Assembly (NCBI GenBank): GCA_045690015.1
Contig: CP145877.1
Location: forward strand, 425,793-457,792
DNA length: 32,000 nucleotides
Direction of reading: 5' to 3'
Source of the DNA: Candidatus Saccharimonadota bacterium
GTDB lineage: Bacteria; Pseudomonadota; Gammaproteobacteria; Enterobacterales; Enterobacteriaceae
The stretch's first letter is position 1; every line of letters starts with the position of its first letter. Shown one piece after another: positions 31,415 to 32,000 of this stretch. A model generated the notes under the pieces. It saw only the letters and a program-made list of their open reading frames with translations. It made no database searches and was not told the origin of the DNA. The position numbers and the translations under genes are program-made.

Positions 31415-31994
31415 TGACCTCCAGATAACGGTGGATTCTAAAAAAATTTTTGGTTTTTGGATATACTTAATGAGCGATTGTATTATTTTTGCTTGTCTAT
31501 TTGCTACTTATGCAGTGATGGTGAATGGGACAGCTGATGGTCCTATAGGAAAGGAAATTTTTTATCTGCCATTTGTATTAGCAGAAACGACGTTTTTGCT
31601 TTTTAGTTCAGTAACTTATGGTATGGCAATGATTGCAATTAAAAATTGTGATAAGAAGAAGCCATATGAAGTATTCATTTGGTTATTATTAACTTTTATT
31701 TTAGGATGCATGTTTGTCGGTATGGAATTTAAAGAATTTTCTAATTTAATTAGTGATAACTATGGACCGAATCGAAGTGGTTTTTTATCTGGTTTTTTTA
31801 CGTTAGTAGGTACACATGGTATACATGTAATATCAGGATTATTTTGGATGATAGTTTTAATGTATCAGATACTTATGAGGGGTATTACTGACACTATTAT
31901 AACGAAAATGGCTTGCTTGAGCTTATTTTGGCACTTCTTGGATGTGATATGGATATGCGTATTCACCATAGTATATTTACTGGGAGCTCTGTAA
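31398..31994 (+). CDS. cyoC: cytochrome bo3 ubiquinol oxidase subunit III
   Basis: [25 protein letters not shown] matches E. coli Cyo[26 protein letters not shown]. By length comparison the start is the ATG at 31398 (or 31404), overlapping the cyoB 3' end by 17 (or 11) nt, not the ORF-track ATG at 31365. Confidence 0.93.
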   Translation: MSMKINDLQITVDSKKIFGFWIYLMSDCIIFACLFATYAVMVNGTADGPIGKEIFYLPFVLAETTFLLFSSVTYGMAMIAIKNCDKKKPYEVFIWLLLTFILGCMFVGMEFKEFSNLISDNYGPNRSGFLSGFFTLVGTHGIHVISGLFWMIVLMYQILMRGITDTIITKMACLSLFWHFLDVIWICVFTIVYLLGAL

Positions 31995-32000
31995 TGAAAT
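31994..32000 (+). CDS. cyoD: probable first codons of cytochrome bo3 oxidase subunit IV (cut by window end)
   Basis: ATG at 31994-31996 overlaps the cyoC stop in a TAATG junction. cyoD is expected here from cyoABCDE operon order. Only 7 nt are visible, so this rests on context alone. Confidence 0.3.

Overview
This is an ordinary, strongly reduced housekeeping region, and I find no candidate for a novel or undescribed multi-gene system. The window is visibly AT-rich and very gene-dense: summing my own coordinates, about 93% of bases lie in called genes. It reads as a reduced genome of an Enterobacterales-derived obligate endosymbiont, probably of an insect. The species cannot be named without a database search.

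Every long ORF has clear, full-length, collinear similarity to a well-known E. coli housekeeping protein. In order: serS (5'-truncated by the window edge), tRNA-Lys(CUU), proC, ydiK, tRNA-Val(GAC), mdtK, grxD, tyrS, clsA, yciC, sohB, pyrF, pheT-pheS-rplT-rpmI-infC-thrS, ydjM, prmB-aroC, ppiD-lon-clpX-clpP-tig, and cyoA-cyoB-cyoC with the first 7 nt of cyoD. That is 27 protein genes plus the cyoD start, and 2 tRNAs.

I see no transposase or IS element, integrase, phage gene, CRISPR array, toxin-antitoxin pair, defence gene or orphan ORF of meaningful size. No intergenic spacer exceeds about 260 bp.

The points worth a second look are small-scale:
- infC uses a conserved AUU start that the ORF track misses.
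- The lysine tRNA has a CUU anticodon and no encoded CCA.
- A10-A11 homopolymer tracts lie inside essential genes (clpX, pheT, infC).
- The rplT-pheS attenuator region is collapsed.
- An orphan consensus Shine-Dalgarno (SD) motif with a mini-ORF sits in front of tyrS.
- A GC-rich repeat island lies between sohB and pyrF.
- Several clean gene-loss junctions exist relative to E. coli: hupB, ihfA, and bolA/yajG/ampG.
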